Virus record (IMG/VR): IMGVR_UViG_3300027804_000143 | Coordinates: 1-33,468 of that record | DNA from: a virus | Taxonomy: Duplodnaviria; Caudoviricetes | Length of the DNA: 33,468 bases | Direction: 5' to 3' (one strand) | Shown here: one piece after another, positions 7,710-18,272 of the stretch | Numbering within the stretch: the stretch's first letter is position 1 | How the letters are laid out: the number at the start of each line of letters is the position of its first letter | Position numbers and translations under genes: made by a program | Notes under the pieces: generated by a model | Seen by the model: only the letters and a program-made list of their open reading frames with translations | Database searches by the model: none | Told to the model about the DNA's origin: nothing

Positions 7710-10700
7710 GCCCAACAAGTTGTAATTAGCTTTAATGCGAATGCCAACTTTTCCGATTTAATTGGTGAAGTTCGTCGTGCAAACGCAGAGATTGGTACGC
7801 TCCAATCTCAGCTAAATGGGCTAGGAGCAGCATCATATGGCTCTCTAAACAACCTAAACAGACAATTTATTGAAGGCATGCGTAATACACGCTTATGGTC
7901 TTCATCGTTTGTTGATGTCGCAAATGAAACAAGAGATTTTGGTCGGCACTTAGACCAAGGTAGATTAAAGCTAAAAGATTATTTCCGAGAATTTAATACA
8001 CAAGTTCGGGGCCAAAGAGGAATGATCAGAAGGCTTGCTGAAGAGCAGGTCAGATTGCAGAGATCTATATTAACAACTACGGTTGGCCCACAGGGTGAAA
8101 CTAGAAACATTTTGTCAACCCCAACAGGTCTAGATAGACTTGATCCAACAACCATGAAGGCTCTCAGAGCAGAGCAGTTCAAGATTATTGGAAAATCAAT
8201 ACAGGGCGTTTCTACAGAACTTATCAATCTAGGTAAGAACACTCAGTGGGCTGGCCGTCAGTTGACTGTAGGTTTAACTGTGCCACTTACAATATTTGCC
8301 TCACAAGCAGCCATGGCATTTAAAGAAGTAGACCAGCAGCTAACAAGACTTGCAAAGGTTTATGGCGACATTGGTGGAGCAACAACTACAGAGATTGCTT
8401 CTATAAAGAAAGAAACTTCAGACTTAGCACGTAGCTTAGCATCATCTATGGGTGCAGCAGCAACAGAAACAATTGGATTGGCAGCGGACATTGCTGCTAC
8501 TGGAAAGACTGGTAACGATCTTCTTCAATCAGTTTCAGAAACTACAAGACTTGCAGTTCTTGGTGAAGTAGATAGACAAGAAGCTATGTCTGCCACATTG
8601 TCATTGCAAAGCGCATTTAATCTTAACACAAGAGAGCTAGCAGAATCAATTAACTTCCTTAACGCAGTTGAAAACCAGACATCAACTTCTCTACAAGATC
8701 TAGTAATTGCAATTCCAAAGGCTGGACCAGTTGTCCGTCAGCTTGGCGGAGACGTAAAGGATCTTGCACTGTTCCTTACAGCTATGCGTGAGGGTGGTAT
8801 TAATGCATCTGAGGGTGCAAACGCACTAAAGTCTGGATTAGCTTCTATTATTAACCCAACTCAAAAGACTAGAGAGTTGATGAATGGTTTTGGAATTGAT
8901 ATTCAGAACATTGTAAATAGCAATGCAGGAGATTTGGTGGGCACTGTTAGCGCACTAAAGGACGCTCTTAATACTCTAAACCCATTAGCTAGAGCACAAG
9001 CAATCGAGCAGATCTTTGGTAAGTTCCAGTTTGCTCGTATGTCAGCACTATTCGATAACCTTGGAAAGTCTGGAAGCCAGACAGTTCAGGTTATGAAACT
9101 TATGGGAGCATCAACTGCAGACTTAGCAGCAATTGCTGATCGAGAATTAACAACACTTACAGAATCTGCTTCTGGAAAGTTCCAACGCCAAATGGAAACA
9201 TTGAAGGCTAATATGGCACTGGCAGGAGAAGGATTCTTGGGAATCTTCTCAAAGGTTCTTGGCGGAATTAATAATGTGATCGAAGGATTTAATAAGCTTC
9301 CTGACGGTGCTAAGACAGTAATTACAATTGTAGGTGCAATAGTAGGTCTAGCTGGTCCACTCATTATGTTATCAGGTGTGTTCCTTAACTTTATTGGATA
9401 TGTAGTTAAGTCAATCGGATTCCTTGGAAGACTATTTACAAATACTAAAAAGTTTGAAATGTTAGATGAATCTATGATGGCTCTTAAGCTATCTGGAGAT
9501 AAGGCCACTAAAACTTTATATAACGAAGCAGATGCAGCACAGGCAGCAGGACTGCAAATTCAAAATCTTATCAATAAGATGAGAGAGCTAACTGAGATTC
9601 AAGATACTTACTCAACTGGAGCAGTTCAGGCACCAGGATTTGCTGGTGCATCCAGATACATGCCAACAGCAACATTCGGTAGAAACGCTGGTCTAGATGT
9701 AACTGGTGGAGTATTCTCACACGATGTTCCAGAAACTGGAAGAAAAAGATTGGCTGCCTCTCTTGGGGTTGATCCAGAAGTAATTGGCAGACTAGGAAGT
9801 ATTGGTGGATACCTAGAAAGAGGATCTAGAGCAGCAGACATTCAGGGTGTTATGAATGAAAGTATGCCTTCTATGATATTCCCACAGGGCACTGCTGTTG
9901 GACAAATGCGTGAAAAGCTAATTGGAAGTGCTACTACAGAAGAGCAAAGAACAGCAATTTTAGGAAATGCTAAGCTAAGAAAAGCCCCAGCATCTGATGC
10001 TGATATTTTAGCAATGTCTAGAACTATAGATGAATACGCTGACTTTGCAGCACAACATGTTGCAACAATGGAAGCAATTTCTGATCAGTATGGAGAGAGC
10101 GTTGCAGCTGGAAGAAAGATTACTGGAGAAATGAAAAAGGCTTGGCAAGCAAGCGGACAGGCAGAGGATGCCGTTGCTGTTGCTAGAAACTTTAGTCCAG
10201 AAGTTGCACAGAAGTTTGATGAAACTGTTACTAGAGTAAGAACTGCTGTTATAGCTGGATTCCAAGCAGGTGGAGCAGAAGGAGCAAATATTGCAGCAGC
10301 GGAAGCAGAAGTTAAGGCTACAACAAGACTAGAAATGTCAAAAGCTGAAAAGACAGCTAAGTCAAGAATATCAAGATTTGTTAGCTCTCTTTCACAAGCT
10401 GTAACGGTTGGTTCTACTCCAGACGTTCAAACAGCGGCAGCAGTTGCAGAAGTTAAGGTTGCAAAAGAAAGAGTTGATGCTGCTATGGCACAACAAGCAG
10501 CAGAGATTGTTGCATATGAAAATCAAATTGCAAATACCATTGCACAAGATTCTCCAAAGATACCATTCCTTCAAAGAATAAAGGCTGGGTATAGAGCTGG
10601 TGGAATTCGTGGTGGACTTATGGGTGCAGGAGTTGGCAAGGGATATGGATCAGGACTTGCAATGATGGGCCTAGGTCTTGGAACTAGCATGGTACCACAA

Positions 10701-13082
10701 ACAGGTAAGGTTGGAGATTTGGCTGGCGGTGCAATGATGGGTGCATCTATGGGTATGATGTTCGGCGGACCAGGAATGGCAGTCGGAGCAGCACTAGGAG
10801 CACTTGTACCAGCAATTAAGATGTCTATAGATTATTTTAAGAAGTTATCAGATATTCAAGCATTAAGTATTAAGCAATATCAAATTGATAAAGAATATGC
10901 AGCGGCTGCAGGACTAAGCTTAAAAACTATTGGAGATATACAGTTAACACAGATAACTGGAAAGTCTCAAGAAGCAGCATCAGCACTAGAGATACTAGCA
11001 AAAGCTGCTATGGAAGCAGCAACATCAACATCAACAGGAGCCTTGCGTGAAAAGACTAAAGGTGCCGACAGCTTTAAAGAAGTTCAAGATGAATTTTTGA
11101 GTCAGTACTTGAGTTATATTGCTGCGGGAGTTTCTGAAGAAACTGCTAAGCAGATGATGGCTGCTATTCTAAAGGCTGCAGGCAAAGAAGGATTTGCAAC
11201 AGATCTAAAGATGTTGTTAGCTGGAGAGGCTGGCACAACTCAAACAGGAGCGCTAAAGAGAAACCTTGAAAGAATTCAAGGTGGACCAGGCTCTTTAGCA
11301 GGTACACAGTATTCATCATTACTGTCACAGGCTAGTTCATTCGGAGTAGATCCAGCAATTGCTAGAAACTTTGCTTCATCAACAATGTCCCCTGTTGGAT
11401 TTAGTCCTGAAACAACAAAGTATATACAAGATTTGCAATCTGCTTATCAGAAGTTAGATACAGCTCAAAAGTCAGTAGCCATAAGTGGAATAGATACAAA
11501 GCAAGCCATTGAAGCAATAAACAACTCATTGGCAAACTCTGACGCAGAAACTTTTGCAAAGGCTATGGAAGAGCTTTCTGGATCTGGATTAATAACTCAA
11601 GATGCTATCGATGGGGTAGCAAACTCAATCAGTGGTTTAACAAGAACAGACAAGACCGTTCTTCAAGGATTTATAAGAAATGGAGTAGACGCAGAAGCAC
11701 AGGCACTTGCCCTTAAGATGCGTATTGAAGGAATTATTCCTAGCTTAGAAGCAGTAAAAGATTTTGATGGAATGAGAATTCGTGCTTACTTCGAAGTATA
11801 CCAAGCAAACGAAGCACTAGATAAGGCCAAGTCTGATCTTCAAGCTTCCCTACAAGGAATGTTTTCTGGTGGTGCTACATCTGGAAATAATGATGCTGCT
11901 AAGAAGGCGATTCAGGCACAGATCGACGCCCTTGAAGAAATTGAGCGCAAAGAAAAGAACATCAATAGACTTAAAGAGCTTTCATTAAAGTATGAAGAAA
12001 GAAGAAGAAACTTAGTCCTAGATTATCTTGGAGCAGTTGCTGGTGGAGACCTAGAAGGCGCACTTAGAGCGCAAGTTGATATGCAAGCAGAGTCCGCTGC
12101 GTTTGCAAGAGAAAAGGCTCAAACAGAAAAAGAAATTGCTAGAGAAAATAAGAAGAAGGCTCTTCAAGATAAGCTAAAGGCTCTAGATAATTCTGCGGGA
12201 GCAGCAGTAGCAAATACTGCTAATAAGGCTAAAGAGCTAGAAAACAATATTGATAGCGCAATCAAGGCAGTCCTTGGAGGATTCCAAAAGGATGGTAAGG
12301 TTACAGTATCGTTTAAAGAGTTTACAGAAAGCCAAGAGTTCAAGAATTTTGAGTCTAAGTTTAAGGGAGCTCTATCTGGAGATGCTCTAAATAAAGCTAT
12401 GGAAACATTAAAGGCATCATTTAGAAAGTTGCAGGCAGACCTAGCCAATATTGGAGGAATTGTTGGAGATACAGGAACAGCAAGAGATCCTAGAGATATT
12501 ACAAATACAGCAGCAACCGTTGGAATCACAAGTGCAGATAATGGTAGGGGAACTCAAAGCGAGGGAGTTGCAACAGCTCTTTCAAGCGACCAAAAGAAAA
12601 AAATATTAAACTACCTAGCAGGTAGAGGAGAGTCATTTGCTAACGATGAGATAGTAACTATTTTTGGAGAAACCTATAGATATGACAAGAATAAGAATGA
12701 TCTCATAAGAAGAGAAAAGAAGTGGATGGGTGGAAAGATTCGTGGTTACTATGGTGGAGGATATATAACTGGCGCAGGAAATACTGTATCTGATAGTATT
12801 AATATTGCTGCATCTAACAAGGAATTTATGATGAATGCTAGGGCTGTATCAAAGTACGGTGTAGCAAATATGGAGAAGATTAATAATAGAACTCTAGACC
12901 CAAGAGTATTTGAGACTATGCGTAAAGCTGGAACCTATAACGAGGGGGATGTAAAGGTAAGCATTAATGAAATTAATATTACTGACCCAGGTTGCTCTCC
13001 AGATGAGATTATTGCTAAAATTAAGAAAGATCTTGGTGCAGCGGTTAAGAGAAGCACAGATATGAGGTACATGAAGATATGA
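7707..13082 (+). CDS. Tape measure protein
   Basis: 1791 aa, Ala/Gly-rich helical. TP901-type core region, hydrophobic segments, C-terminal GG..GAGNTVSDSI..SNKEFMMNARAVSKYG motif. Confidence 0.95.
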   Translation: MAQQVVISFNANANFSDLIGEVRRANAEIGTLQSQLNGLGAASYGSLNNLNRQFIEGMRNTRLWSSSFVDVANETRDFGRHLDQGRLKLKDYFREFNTQVRGQRGMIRRLAEEQVRLQRSILTTTVGPQGETRNILSTPTGLDRLDPTTMKALRAEQFKIIGKSIQGVSTELINLGKNTQWAGRQLTVGLTVPLTIFASQAAMAFKEVDQQLTRLAKVYGDIGGATTTEIASIKKETSDLARSLASSMGAAATETIGLAADIAATGKTGNDLLQSVSETTRLAVLGEVDRQEAMSATLSLQSAFNLNTRELAESINFLNAVENQTSTSLQDLVIAIPKAGPVVRQLGGDVKDLALFLTAMREGGINASEGANALKSGLASIINPTQKTRELMNGFGIDIQNIVNSNAGDLVGTVSALKDALNTLNPLARAQAIEQIFGKFQFARMSALFDNLGKSGSQTVQVMKLMGASTADLAAIADRELTTLTESASGKFQRQMETLKANMALAGEGFLGIFSKVLGGINNVIEGFNKLPDGAKTVITIVGAIVGLAGPLIMLSGVFLNFIGYVVKSIGFLGRLFTNTKKFEMLDESMMALKLSGDKATKTLYNEADAAQAAGLQIQNLINKMRELTEIQDTYSTGAVQAPGFAGASRYMPTATFGRNAGLDVTGGVFSHDVPETGRKRLAASLGVDPEVIGRLGSIGGYLERGSRAADIQGVMNESMPSMIFPQGTAVGQMREKLIGSATTEEQRTAILGNAKLRKAPASDADILAMSRTIDEYADFAAQHVATMEAISDQYGESVAAGRKITGEMKKAWQASGQAEDAVAVARNFSPEVAQKFDETVTRVRTAVIAGFQAGGAEGANIAAAEAEVKATTRLEMSKAEKTAKSRISRFVSSLSQAVTVGSTPDVQTAAAVAEVKVAKERVDAAMAQQAAEIVAYENQIANTIAQDSPKIPFLQRIKAGYRAGGIRGGLMGAGVGKGYGSGLAMMGLGLGTSMVPQTGKVGDLAGGAMMGASMGMMFGGPGMAVGAALGALVPAIKMSIDYFKKLSDIQALSIKQYQIDKEYAAAAGLSLKTIGDIQLTQITGKSQEAASALEILAKAAMEAATSTSTGALREKTKGADSFKEVQDEFLSQYLSYIAAGVSEETAKQMMAAILKAAGKEGFATDLKMLLAGEAGTTQTGALKRNLERIQGGPGSLAGTQYSSLLSQASSFGVDPAIARNFASSTMSPVGFSPETTKYIQDLQSAYQKLDTAQKSVAISGIDTKQAIEAINNSLANSDAETFAKAMEELSGSGLITQDAIDGVANSISGLTRTDKTVLQGFIRNGVDAEAQALALKMRIEGIIPSLEAVKDFDGMRIRAYFEVYQANEALDKAKSDLQASLQGMFSGGATSGNNDAAKKAIQAQIDALEEIERKEKNINRLKELSLKYEERRRNLVLDYLGAVAGGDLEGALRAQVDMQAESAAFAREKAQTEKEIARENKKKALQDKLKALDNSAGAAVANTANKAKELENNIDSAIKAVLGGFQKDGKVTVSFKEFTESQEFKNFESKFKGALSGDALNKAMETLKASFRKLQADLANIGGIVGDTGTARDPRDITNTAATVGITSADNGRGTQSEGVATALSSDQKKKILNYLAGRGESFANDEIVTIFGETYRYDKNKNDLIRREKKWMGGKIRGYYGGGYITGAGNTVSDSINIAASNKEFMMNARAVSKYGVANMEKINNRTLDPRVFETMRKAGTYNEGDVKVSINEINITDPGCSPDEIIAKIKKDLGAAVKRSTDMRYMKI

Positions 13083-13534
13083 CATGGCTAGTTAGCGGAC
13101 TTAAGGATTCTTTGGTATATATCAAGCATCCAACTACTGGGGTATACCATAAGCTTACCGACCACAATAGATCACCACTGGGAATCAGTGTTGATGAAAT
13201 ATCTAATTCTCAAAGAACTGCTAATGGCACAATGCGTAAAAACATTATTGCACAAAAGCACACTTTTAATTTTTCATGGAACGATGTGCCAAACACATCT
13301 ACATATACAATCGATGCAGGATGGGGTGCTGGAGATATTTACAACTTCTACCTAACAAATAAACAACCATTCTACATCAAAATAACACAGAAGATTAATC
13401 CTACATCTTCTACAGCGTATCAGGAGTTTTTAGTTAATTTCACAAACTGTTCTATGGATGTGGTAAAGCGTAATCCTTCTGCCACTGTTCCATATATCAG
13501 AATGAATATAAACCTAACCCTAGAGGAGGTTTAA
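13079..13534 (+). CDS. Distal tail (Dit)-like protein
   Basis: 151 aa right after tape measure. RTANGTMRKNIIAQKHTFNFSW and terminal NLTLEEV. Confidence 0.7.
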   Translation: MTWLVSGLKDSLVYIKHPTTGVYHKLTDHNRSPLGISVDEISNSQRTANGTMRKNIIAQKHTFNFSWNDVPNTSTYTIDAGWGAGDIYNFYLTNKQPFYIKITQKINPTSSTAYQEFLVNFTNCSMDVVKRNPSATVPYIRMNINLTLEEV

Positions 13535-16500
13535 TGTTAAATTTTCCAGCGATCAAAACAGCTTTAGACTCAAGCCATAATATTCAACCGTCACAAAAGG
13601 TTGTTCTTGAGTGGAACTATAATAGCTCAGCAGGCATATCCGAAATGGGTGTAGACGACGTAATGCTATACCAATGGGACTCCGAGAAGAGTAATCTAAA
13701 ACTAATTGAAACTTCAACTAAATACGATAAGTACTATGAGTCTATGTACCCACTTACATCAATCTGTAGCTTTATCAGGCCTGGAGAGTATGCTGTTCAT
13801 AATAACCAATATGTGGGCGGAATTGTAAAAGCACTCTTTGGTAATACTACAAGCGGTATAGCCACTTATAAGCATACAGAAGCTAAGAGAAACTACTTCG
13901 TATCAAAGGATGCTGGTTATAAGTATTGGGCAGCAATTAGAAGAAATGATTCATCTACTGCTATTAATAAGTCTGTATATGTAGTCTATGATCGTGAAAT
14001 TAAGGTTAATAAGCTTGTTGTAAAGTTTGAAACAGCCCACTCTATTCCATCAAGTTATAAGGTTTATACACAGGCTAGTGGAGCATGGACATTGGCATAC
14101 GAATCAAATACCCCATTAACAAATGGAGGATTGGCTTTATATTATAATGGCACAGCATGGACAACAACAAAGCATGCAAACCCAAGCATTGATGTTAATA
14201 CCAGAACAATTACTGGTATAAAGGTGTTAGTCCCAACTATCAATACGGGATACGTACCTTTGGAGATTATTGAAGTATCCCCACGACTAGAAGTAGACAT
14301 TACAAGCGAAGTTCTTAACTGGAGCATCCAAAAAACAATGTTTGAAGATCACGAAATTCTTCCAGTAGGATACATTAGCTCCAACGGGGCATCGGTTACA
14401 TTTGATAATACATATAATAGTTTCAGCTATGAAAACACTACTGCTAAGTATTATGGAATGCTAGACAAGCGTGTAGGAGTAAAGATCTCTGCAATTATAA
14501 ATAACACTGAGATTCCACAGTTTACTGGGTTTATTGATTCATGGAGTGTAGAGCCTGATAGCACAGCTTCGGTTCAATGCTACGATATGGCAAAGGTGTT
14601 GCAACAAACACAATGTGCTGATATGGTTATTGGTCCAGACACAGAAGTAGGAAAGTTTGCAAGAATCATGTTTGACTCTGTTGGTATTAACGAGCTTACT
14701 ATTGATGTTCCTTCAAACAGCAAAGAAACTGTAAAGCTATTTTGGATGAGTAATGAACAAACATTTTGGGAAGCATTACAAGAATTTTGTATTTCCCACC
14801 AATGTGTAGCTTACTTTGACGAGTATGGAAGAGCGGTATTTAAGTCAAGAGAACGTGCTCTTGAGGCTACCACAACAGAGCAAATTCTTACATATGAAAC
14901 TTCTAGCGGTGTGCTTCCAAATATTCTTAGCATCTCTCAGCAGATTAGACCAAGAATCGGAAAGCTTGTTATTAAGTATGCTGGAAGATCTTACGATACG
15001 CAGAATGACATTCAGACAACATATAAGATTGCTACAGAAAATCCTAAATCAGCAGATTTGTCATACAGAAGTACAACATTTGCAGATACTATCTGGCAAC
15101 CAGAGGCGGGATGGACTTTGGGTGCAGCACCACTTAAAGAGTCTATTGGTTTAACAGATACCACTATTAAGAATGTAAAGCCAACTATTACACCATACAT
15201 CAATAAAGAAACTGGTGCCACCGAGTTTAACTTTGATGGAGGACTTCCTTCATTCTCTGGTTATTTCTTTATCAATGGAGAAATTATCTACTATGGTGCT
15301 ACTAACTTTACTGCAATATTTAATGATGGTACACCCGTAACCACAGTCCCTATTGCTTCTAGAGAAGAGTACAATTCCTATATTGCATCAAATCCTGGGC
15401 TAGTTAGGTTTATCAATACTGGAGAGCTGGTACAGGTAAAGCGTGGAGAATTTGGTACAACTGCTAAAGTACACACAGCGGCATCTACTTCTACTGGATG
15501 GAATACGTATCAGTTTAAGATTGGATCTACTACAAAAACAACCATTGGTGAGCCAAAGTTCAGCGTCTCACAAAGAAGCCTAAAGCTAGTTACAAATAAT
15601 GTTGATACAAATACCAAGAAGCTTGCGGAACAAAAGTTTATTGAAGAAAGAAGAAAGAGTATTCAGGTAGCTGTAGTTCCTGTATCAAAGAACAACTATA
15701 GAAGATTTGAGACAAACGTTAAGTTCTCTAGACCAGCAGGAGCTGACTCGATGAGCGGGGAGCTGGATAGCATCGGAGGAATATTCTTTGACTATAACCC
15801 AGACAATAACTCAGGATACTTTGTTGAGGTAGGGCTAGAAGAGACCACGGCTAGCATGGTAGTAAAGTCAAATCCACAAAACATAAAAGAAAATAAAAGC
15901 ATTTTAATCTATAAGTTGTTGGCAAATGGAACAAGGCAAATACTTGGGTTTGCAGACGCACCAAAGAATTTAGCATCCAAGTACATTCGTTCCGAAAGTA
16001 TATATAAGGATAGTGTTTCATTTAACACTAATACAAATTATGATATTCAGGTTGCACGTTATAAGAGTGCTGGATCTAACTGGATTAATCTATATGTAAT
16101 GGGACAGTTAATCCTTCAAGCAGAAGATAAGTCACCTCTAGCAGGAACAACAAACGCAGGGGTTTTTGTCAGAGGAGACACAACAGCAGAGTTTTCTAAG
16201 TTCGCAGCATGGGATGCTGGAGAAGGCAATACTTTGGATCAAGACGACGGGTTTATGGCAGACTCAGTATTGGGATTTATGACAAATGTAATAGCCCAAG
16301 GATACCTATCTGCTCCAAGCAAGTCATCTCAAGTTAATAAAGTTTACGACTTCCATGAATTTTATCCTATGATGCGTGAGATTAGAATTGCTGAGTTTGA
16401 CTATACCAAGGCTCCAGCAACACCTATTAAGATTTCTGCTGGTGCAGCAATATCTTCATACGGTGCCGTAATACTTGAGGCAACATCATTTAGAGGTAAG

Positions 16501-16956
16501 ATTGCAGCTATTAATGAATCTAGTTATCCAGTTGATTTATTCTCAGCATTTCCTGGCGGTCAACCAGCACAGTACCCTAAGCTATTAGGATACACATTAA
16601 AGAAGTATGAGAATCGTGACTATACAGTTACAATATCTGATGCCAGGGTAGACGACGCAAAGTTTGAACTAGATAGCGAATGGGTCCAGTCTTTATCTGA
16701 GGCTAAGAGTATTGCTACATTTATTAAGAATAATTCAGCTATTGAAAAGAACGGGAAGACTAATGATTCTATTATAGTTCAGGCAGATATATTCTCTAAC
16801 CCTCTATTACAGCTAGGGGACACGGTAGATATCATATATCCCGCTTTGGGCTTGAATTCTGGCACACATTCCTTTATAATTACAGGTATAGATCAATCGT
16901 TTAGCGATGGAATAAATACAAGCGTAAAGCTACAGGAAGTATCAAATGGTATCTAA
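13534..16956 (+). CDS. Tail tip/baseplate hub (Tal-like) minor tail protein
   Basis: 1140 aa. YFDEYGRAVFKSR and C-terminal NPLLQLGDTVDI...FIITGIDQSF hub-type motifs. Confidence 0.75.
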   Translation: MLNFPAIKTALDSSHNIQPSQKVVLEWNYNSSAGISEMGVDDVMLYQWDSEKSNLKLIETSTKYDKYYESMYPLTSICSFIRPGEYAVHNNQYVGGIVKALFGNTTSGIATYKHTEAKRNYFVSKDAGYKYWAAIRRNDSSTAINKSVYVVYDREIKVNKLVVKFETAHSIPSSYKVYTQASGAWTLAYESNTPLTNGGLALYYNGTAWTTTKHANPSIDVNTRTITGIKVLVPTINTGYVPLEIIEVSPRLEVDITSEVLNWSIQKTMFEDHEILPVGYISSNGASVTFDNTYNSFSYENTTAKYYGMLDKRVGVKISAIINNTEIPQFTGFIDSWSVEPDSTASVQCYDMAKVLQQTQCADMVIGPDTEVGKFARIMFDSVGINELTIDVPSNSKETVKLFWMSNEQTFWEALQEFCISHQCVAYFDEYGRAVFKSRERALEATTTEQILTYETSSGVLPNILSISQQIRPRIGKLVIKYAGRSYDTQNDIQTTYKIATENPKSADLSYRSTTFADTIWQPEAGWTLGAAPLKESIGLTDTTIKNVKPTITPYINKETGATEFNFDGGLPSFSGYFFINGEIIYYGATNFTAIFNDGTPVTTVPIASREEYNSYIASNPGLVRFINTGELVQVKRGEFGTTAKVHTAASTSTGWNTYQFKIGSTTKTTIGEPKFSVSQRSLKLVTNNVDTNTKKLAEQKFIEERRKSIQVAVVPVSKNNYRRFETNVKFSRPAGADSMSGELDSIGGIFFDYNPDNNSGYFVEVGLEETTASMVVKSNPQNIKENKSILIYKLLANGTRQILGFADAPKNLASKYIRSESIYKDSVSFNTNTNYDIQVARYKSAGSNWINLYVMGQLILQAEDKSPLAGTTNAGVFVRGDTTAEFSKFAAWDAGEGNTLDQDDGFMADSVLGFMTNVIAQGYLSAPSKSSQVNKVYDFHEFYPMMREIRIAEFDYTKAPATPIKISAGAAISSYGAVILEATSFRGKIAAINESSYPVDLFSAFPGGQPAQYPKLLGYTLKKYENRDYTVTISDARVDDAKFELDSEWVQSLSEAKSIATFIKNNSAIEKNGKTNDSIIVQADIFSNPLLQLGDTVDIIYPALGLNSGTHSFIITGIDQSFSDGINTSVKLQEVSNGI

Positions 16957-17350
16957 AGACACGACATATTCGAATAGACAGGTAAAGGGCACAGAGAACC
17001 TTTTTGGCCCAGACGATCCAGATGCCTTTTTGGTTGGTGGAACGAATCAGCCTTCATTTACTTCTGGCGCTAATATAGTTATTAATAATGCTACAGATGG
17101 TGTTGTCGCCTATGTTGGTGATAATGAAAACCAGTCTGAATCCGAAGGGGATGAAGATGATTATACGGTCTCAGAGCAGGCTGGAGATCTTCCTAGCGAG
17201 CCAAAATTGCTGGGAACTGTGACCAAGGTTACATTTACTCAGGTTAATAAGTTTACGCCAAATGGAACATTTTTGGCAGATGTAATAGCAAACATAGAAG
17301 AAGTGGAGGGAGCAACAGGTTATGAAATCAATTACTTCAGAATCTCTTAA
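16946..17350 (+). CDS. Hypothetical minor tail protein
   Basis: Coupled ORF within the tail module. Acidic stretch and terminal VEGATGYEI strand. Confidence 0.55.
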   Translation: MVSKDTTYSNRQVKGTENLFGPDDPDAFLVGGTNQPSFTSGANIVINNATDGVVAYVGDNENQSESEGDEDDYTVSEQAGDLPSEPKLLGTVTKVTFTQVNKFTPNGTFLADVIANIEEVEGATGYEINYFRIS

Positions 17351-18272
17351 GGGTACTTATATATTCTATAAGAATGGACAAGAAGTTTATCGTTCAAAGA
17401 ATATCGTTACTACTGAGGGTAAGGATGTATTTGTTCAGTATTTGTCTAAGAACAATAATGACTATGCGTCTAAGATTGTTTTAGGTATAGGCTCAGCCAC
17501 CCCAGTTGCTTCAAACCAATTCCTTGGATTTGAAGTATTCCCATTAGCAATTGAATTTAAGACTGTTGACTTTACTCAGACTCCAGCTCAAGTTGTTTTT
17601 AGAGCTTCCATACCAGCAACATTTGATGGTGTAATTTACGAAGCTGGGCTGTCAACTATGGGAGGAACTCTTTCTAGTTCTGATATTAATACTAATAATG
17701 AAGTCATTATTAATTTTAATCCAAACTTCGAGGAGTGGTCTACTGGAGCAAACGTTGTCTATCACAACAATGATTTAGAAGGAACTCCTAGACTTCGTGC
17801 TGGTGATTCTGGATTACAGATAACAGCAGCATCATCATCTTCAGTTTCATCAACATATACAGGAATTGTTCCACCAAACTATATTTCTTCTGGAGATAAG
17901 GTAAAGATTGCCTACCATGTATCAGGATCTGTTCCAACATCAATACAGGTAAAGCTTCAGTCTGACCCATCAAACTATTTTACAGCCACTATTCCTGCGG
18001 CAAGTATTTCTTTAGGTTACAACATAACCACCCTAGACTTTGACGACTTGGTAATGACTGGAACTCTAAATACAAATTCAGTTTCAACTATTATCGTTAC
18101 AGTAAATGCTGCATCATCTCAGTCAATTGTTACAATGGACGCAATGAGATTTGATGAGTACTCTAGCGTGTCAAAACCAGTCTTAGTAAGCCATTCGTTA
18201 CTATCAACCCCACTAGTTGTAGAGGGCGGAAATAAGTTCGACATAGAGTACAGACTAGGTTTTGATATTTAA
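17322..18272 (+). CDS. Minor tail/baseplate protein with probable carbohydrate-binding-like insertion
   Basis: KNIVTTEG..IVLGIG..LGFEV and IYEAGL..LVSHS..DIEYRL tail-collar-like motifs flank a beta-sandwich-like region. Confidence 0.6.
   Translation: MKSITSESLKGTYIFYKNGQEVYRSKNIVTTEGKDVFVQYLSKNNNDYASKIVLGIGSATPVASNQFLGFEVFPLAIEFKTVDFTQTPAQVVFRASIPATFDGVIYEAGLSTMGGTLSSSDINTNNEVIINFNPNFEEWSTGANVVYHNNDLEGTPRLRAGDSGLQITAASSSSVSSTYTGIVPPNYISSGDKVKIAYHVSGSVPTSIQVKLQSDPSNYFTATIPAASISLGYNITTLDFDDLVMTGTLNTNSVSTIIVTVNAASSQSIVTMDAMRFDEYSSVSKPVLVSHSLLSTPLVVEGGNKFDIEYRLGFDI

Noticed and set aside
14816-15154. Alternative-frame + strand ORF inside the Tal-like gene (similarly 26098-26298)
   Set aside because: Fully nested out of frame, atypical composition, no convincing SD.
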